Under the pieces are notes generated by a model. That model was given only the letters and a program-made list of their open reading frames with translations, ran no database searches and was not told where the DNA came from. Made by a program: the position numbers and the translations under genes. A stretch of DNA of 64,000 nt from Eledone cirrhosa. Its lineage: Eukaryota. Shown here piece by piece: positions 58,727 to 64,000 of the stretch; the first letter of the stretch is position 1; the number at the start of each line of letters is the position of its first letter. The stretch spans positions 19,530,001 through 19,594,000 of the forward strand of contig OZ024758.1 in the NCBI GenBank assembly GCA_964016885.1, written 5' to 3'.

Positions 58727-58900
58727 AATGGTTGATTAAGTTTTAATCAAAGAAACACTTAAGGGTGGAAGCTTTGCTTAAACTTTAATCTATCATTATA
58801 ATAAATATTTGCTCTACGATTTTTATACATATTCATATATATGTAACCCTTATCTAGCCCTCTTCGGATTTTAGTCTTCACATTTATTATTATTACTATA
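58727..58900 (+). mobile_element. Family B copy
   Basis: TTTGCTTAAACTTTAATC..GCCCTCTTCGGATTTTAGTCTTCACATTTATTATTATTACT. Confidence 0.7.
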
Positions 58901-58908
58901 TATATATT

Positions 58909-59098
58909 GGCGGTGAATTGGCAGTATCGGTAGAGGGTCGGATGCCATGCTTTGCGGCATAGAATTACGGCCCTTGTCATTCTGAGTTCAAATTCCGCCG
59001 AGGTTAACTTTGCGTTTCATCCTTACGGGGTCGATAAAATAAAGTACCAGTAATTTACTGGTTCATTGCTGGACTTGTCCCAATAGTAGAAACAATTA
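58909..59098 (+). mobile_element. SINE family 1
   Basis: Matches the consensus. Confidence 0.9.
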
Positions 59099-59104
59099 CA
59101 CTCC

Positions 59105-59227
<123 letters not shown>

Positions 59228-59378
59228 CATATATATATAGGGAGTGTAGTTACTGTCGGTTCACCCGAGTGATGGAGAGGTCGACGAGCTTTTGATTCGA
59301 GAGTCGTTTCTCATCGGTACAGATCGAACCATTAGCTGATCCAGTGTGAAACGCACGTCACTTCTCAATTTGATATAT

Positions 59379-59470
59379 AATTGTTTCTACTTAATACACA
59401 AGGCGAGCAATTACCCAGTACATTACTGGTACTTTATTTTATCGACCCCGTAAGAATGAAAGGCAAAGTA
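59379..59470 (-). mobile_element. SINE family 1, 3' half
   Basis: Matches the consensus. Confidence 0.85.
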
Positions 59471-59552
59471 ATAACTGCGGGACTGTGTCAGGTGCATTTC
59501 GTCTGAAGACTTTATTAAATTAGTTGCATTATATTGAATAAATCAATGGTTT

Positions 59553-59733
59553 ATTGGCAGTATCGGTACAGAGTCGGACGCTATGCTTTCCAGCATAGTT
59601 ACGTCCCTTTACGGTGTGAGTTCAAATCCCTCCGAGGTTCACTTTGCCTTTCATCCGTACGGGGTCGATAGAATAAAGTACCAGTAATGTACTGGGTGAT
59701 TGATGGCCTTGTGCCTAAAATAGAAACAATTAT
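59553..59733 (+). mobile_element. SINE family 1
   Basis: Matches the consensus. Confidence 0.9.
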
Positions 59734-59861
59734 ATATAATAAATCATGAATGAATATTATGTAATTTATCTATTAAATTTCGTAAATATGCTTATGTATA
59801 TAATGTATATTAAGATTAACTTCATTAATGTTTACACTTCTAGTTAGCGTTCATTATATCT

Positions 59862-60052
59862 GGGCGGTGGATTGGCAGTAACGGTAGAGGGTCGTACGCC
59901 ATGTTCTGACGCATAGAGTTACGACCCATGTCATTCTGAGTTCAAATCCCGCCGAGGTTAACTTTTCCTTTCATCCTTACGGGGTCGATAAAATAAGGTA
60001 CCAGCAATGCACTGGGTCTTTGCTGGCCTTGTGCCTAAAGTAAAAAGAATTA
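59862..60052 (+). mobile_element. SINE family 1
   Basis: Matches the consensus. Confidence 0.9.
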
Positions 60053-60280
60053 TATCTGAACAGTTAGCCGTGCGCTATATCACATCGCTTTTATGAAAGT
60101 TCATATACTTCCATCGTTTTGTAAGGTCAATATTTCCGTGCATATTCTTAATTACGATTTTATTTTACGTATTATATCCACATGCATATATATTTACATA
60201 TTATATGCACACTACACATGTTAGTAGAGAAACCATCCTTAAAAAGTTAGGAAACTTAATGAATGCATAACAGATCGTCC

Positions 60281-61050
<770 letters not shown>

Positions 61051-61583
61051 TTACATGTGTGAATTATGTGTGTATTTCTATATGTATATATAAATAATTT
61101 GTTTAATCATTCCGTTTTATAATAACACATACATAAACTTCGATATTTCGAGCATTCGAATCTAAGCGTACGTAAGCATAACAAAATTATATAGAAATAC
61201 ATTGAAATATATAATATATATTCGAGGTTAGTGTTTAGTGTGCTAATGTTTTGGATAATTGGAGATTTCAGTAATACATTTATCGTTAATTGAAGAAACG
61301 CCATGCTGGACAATTTCCAATCACATATGGACACTGCCGAATCATTAATGGTCAATTTCAAAATGTGATCACACATCACACATTAATTTTCAGATAACTC
61401 GTTTTCTCTTAAATTACACATAATTTCATGAAAAAGCAGCAACATCATGTATCATCTTGGCCTAGTGCACTATTCCGTCTAGCAACTATGCTTCTAATGC
61501 CATTTAGGTTGAAGATTTTGATTAACGTTCTTCGATTTATTTCTATGTATTCTCCTTCATTTGATTTCAATTACACATCCAAC

Positions 61584-61662
<79 letters not shown>

Positions 61663-61667
<5 letters not shown>

Positions 61668-62075
61668 AGGAGGTGAGTTTTATTGTAGTACAATAAAGCA
61701 ATGCATATATCGGATAAGATGCACTCTACAGTTTGTAGGACTGGAGTATACATAATATATAAGATCAAAAGATGGTTAAAGGAGGTCCATGTATTTTATT
61801 ATGCGCATTTCAAAAACAAACATCATCATGCAATAATATTTGTGTTTTCATCAGATAAAACAGGAGGACATGATATGAAGGCTAAAAAACACTTGTGGTT
61901 AGTGCAGTTTTATATATGTTGATTTAAAACTGCACTATCCACAAGTGTTTTTTAGCCTTCATATCATGTCCTCCTGTTTTATCCGATGAAAACACAAATA
62001 TTATTGCATGATGATGTTTGTTTTTGAAATGCGCATAATAAAATACATGGAACTCCTTTAACCATCTTTTGATCT

Positions 62076-62085
<10 letters not shown>
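61663..62085. mobile_element. PLE-like fold-back element, family J, with an HHR in both arms
   Basis: Arms ~61753-61911 and ~61925-62084; TTTTAT-CTGATGA-ACAAATATTATT/GATGATGTTTGT-GAAA-TGCGCA-TA-ATAAAA intact at 61794-61860 (-); CCGATGA in the + arm. Confidence 0.8.
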
Positions 62086-62142
<57 letters not shown>

Positions 62143-62146
62143 TATT

Positions 62147-62190
<44 letters not shown>

Positions 62191-62220
62191 GTGTGTGAGT
62201 GTATATATATATATATATAT

Positions 62221-62470
62221 TGGTAGAATTTCCAAAACTAATCAGATTAGAGCAAACATCACGGGCGCTCTATCTCAAACTTATTTTTGAAAACCATTAG
62301 AAATGCGCAACCGGTAAAACTTAAAACTGAAACTGAATACTAACCAATACTATTACTAATTTTTTCTTATTCCTAATTAAACTATTTTTCACTGGGAACA
62401 ATTTGTTAGCATTTTCTTTTCCTTTTACCAATATATCATAACTCGTGTGTTACACCTCTGTTCTTTCAAA
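62221..62470 (+). mobile_element. Family A-related terminus with degenerate U3-A8 HHR
   Basis: TTT-TTGAAAA-CCATT(AGA)AATGC-GCAA-CCGG-TA-AAA at 62284-62319; upstream CTCTATCTCAA resembles family A CTCCATCTCAA. Confidence 0.5.
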
Positions 62471-62565
62471 TATACATATATACACACACATATATAAATA
62501 TATACATATACATATGTGTGTGTATATATGTGTATATAAACGCACATACACACACCCACACACAT

Positions 62566-62613
<48 letters not shown>

Positions 62614-64000
62614 TAAAGTTTATTCGCAATTCTAGTTATTTGGATTTTATTTGGTATTTATTTTAAATCGCTTCAATGTGATTTCTATGAACTGAAATGA
62701 GTTAAAATCATTTCTTAATGACCAGATTACCCATAAAAATCCCATACCACATGTAGACCACACATCACTGTATCGATCCTTACTTCCTAATATTAGACAT
62801 TGAACACATACATTTCCCTTGTTTTTATCAAAATATATTAATAACCACTTTGCTCTAGAATTATCTAGGCCCATAAAAATATTTCGCAACTCCACCATGA
62901 CTTGACAAAAACCACTTATCTACTTAAAATTCTCACCTCTCTTTATCAGAAGCAATTTTTCATGCATCAATAAATATCGTTTTCAAAAATCAAGTTCGAA
63001 GTCAGCTTAATTGACATACTGTCGCACCCGCTCTCAACAAAATGACATTTGAAATTCTAAAATGTAATTCAATTTATTATTTATTTACTTTTTCTTCAAT
63101 CTAATCACAAAACCTGATAGTTAGGATTTCATCCACCTCAGACACACACCACTAATAAGACGCCATGCATTGAAATTAAACCACAAAATCTAATCTGATA
63201 AAAAACACTGTAGTAAACTTCACACAAACTGTAGGAAATTGATAGAAATTTGTGGGTGTTAGATCAACTGCCAGATGGTATTTTTTCCATCACTCTGTTC
63301 TAATATACCTAAAGACAAATTTACTTTTAATCATTTCAGGATCGGTATAATAAAGTACCACATGTGTGTTTGATTAGTGATTCATCAGTGTGTGTGATAT
63401 GCCATATTGTTTTATAACTTCGTGGGTTGGGGACTTCAATTCTAATTATCCTATTTAGTAATATCATTTCACAATACATATTAAATGGAAATAATTCAAT
63501 AAATCATAGCGTTACTATCATTTGTTCAGTGCTCTATATAAACATTTATTCATATACTTTTTCTGCAATTATTGTTTCTAGCATATCAATTATCATGCTG
63601 CATTTTCCTCAAAAATTGATTATATTTTATGAATTTTATATTTCAAATTTACCGATTGTCGCATTTGTTATATAAATAATACAAATTATTATTTTTTTCT
63701 TTTTTGCCAAAGTTTTAATATTTCATACTAAAGGTTTCGTATAGAGAGTGTTGCTATAGGTTATTTGTTAATTGCATGGTTGTATATAACTGAATAGGCT
63801 GATGTTATATATTATATATCAAGTGAATCTCATGCAACCATACGTTTCCAGAATATATTCTAAATTTAAGAGGGTGTGGTATCACCACACTTTCATAATT
63901 TATTGTCATGATTTTATGATACACTTAGTCTTAAATGTGATTGTCAAATAATTGCTATTGAATAACTTGAAATATATGCAATAATGTTTATTATTAGTAT

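Noticed and set aside
62647-63180. Possible decayed LINE RT on the minus strand
   Set aside because: Motifs too eroded to support by eye

Overview
AT-rich eukaryotic intergenic or intronic DNA, packed with (TA)n arrays and retroelements. It is most likely from an octopod cephalopod; this is inferred from the abundant tRNA-derived SINE and the repeat landscape. Nearly all long ORFs in the track are (TA)n artefacts. Recognisable coding remnants are a Tx1/L1-clade LINE 3' end, a decayed mariner transposase, a head-to-tail array of (TAA)n-targeting R4/Dong LINEs (one with a 966-aa RT+RLE ORF), RTE-clade LINE pieces (one with a twin-priming inversion) and one candidate host exon. The main hidden signal is a large set of type I hammerhead ribozyme (HHR) motifs. 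The many short, TA-flanked, fold-back non-coding elements fall into about ten sequence-unrelated families, and nearly all carry a CUGANGA...GAAA...NUH fold of the kind known from Penelope-like element (PLE) termini. Two are tandem retrozyme-like units: a near-identical 466-468 bp array with one HHR per monomer (36.3-38.2 kb) and a ~320 bp unit (55.3-56.0 kb). In two independent insertions the inversion breakpoint lies within 1-2 nt of the predicted self-cleavage site. All folds were derived by eye and no activity has been shown.
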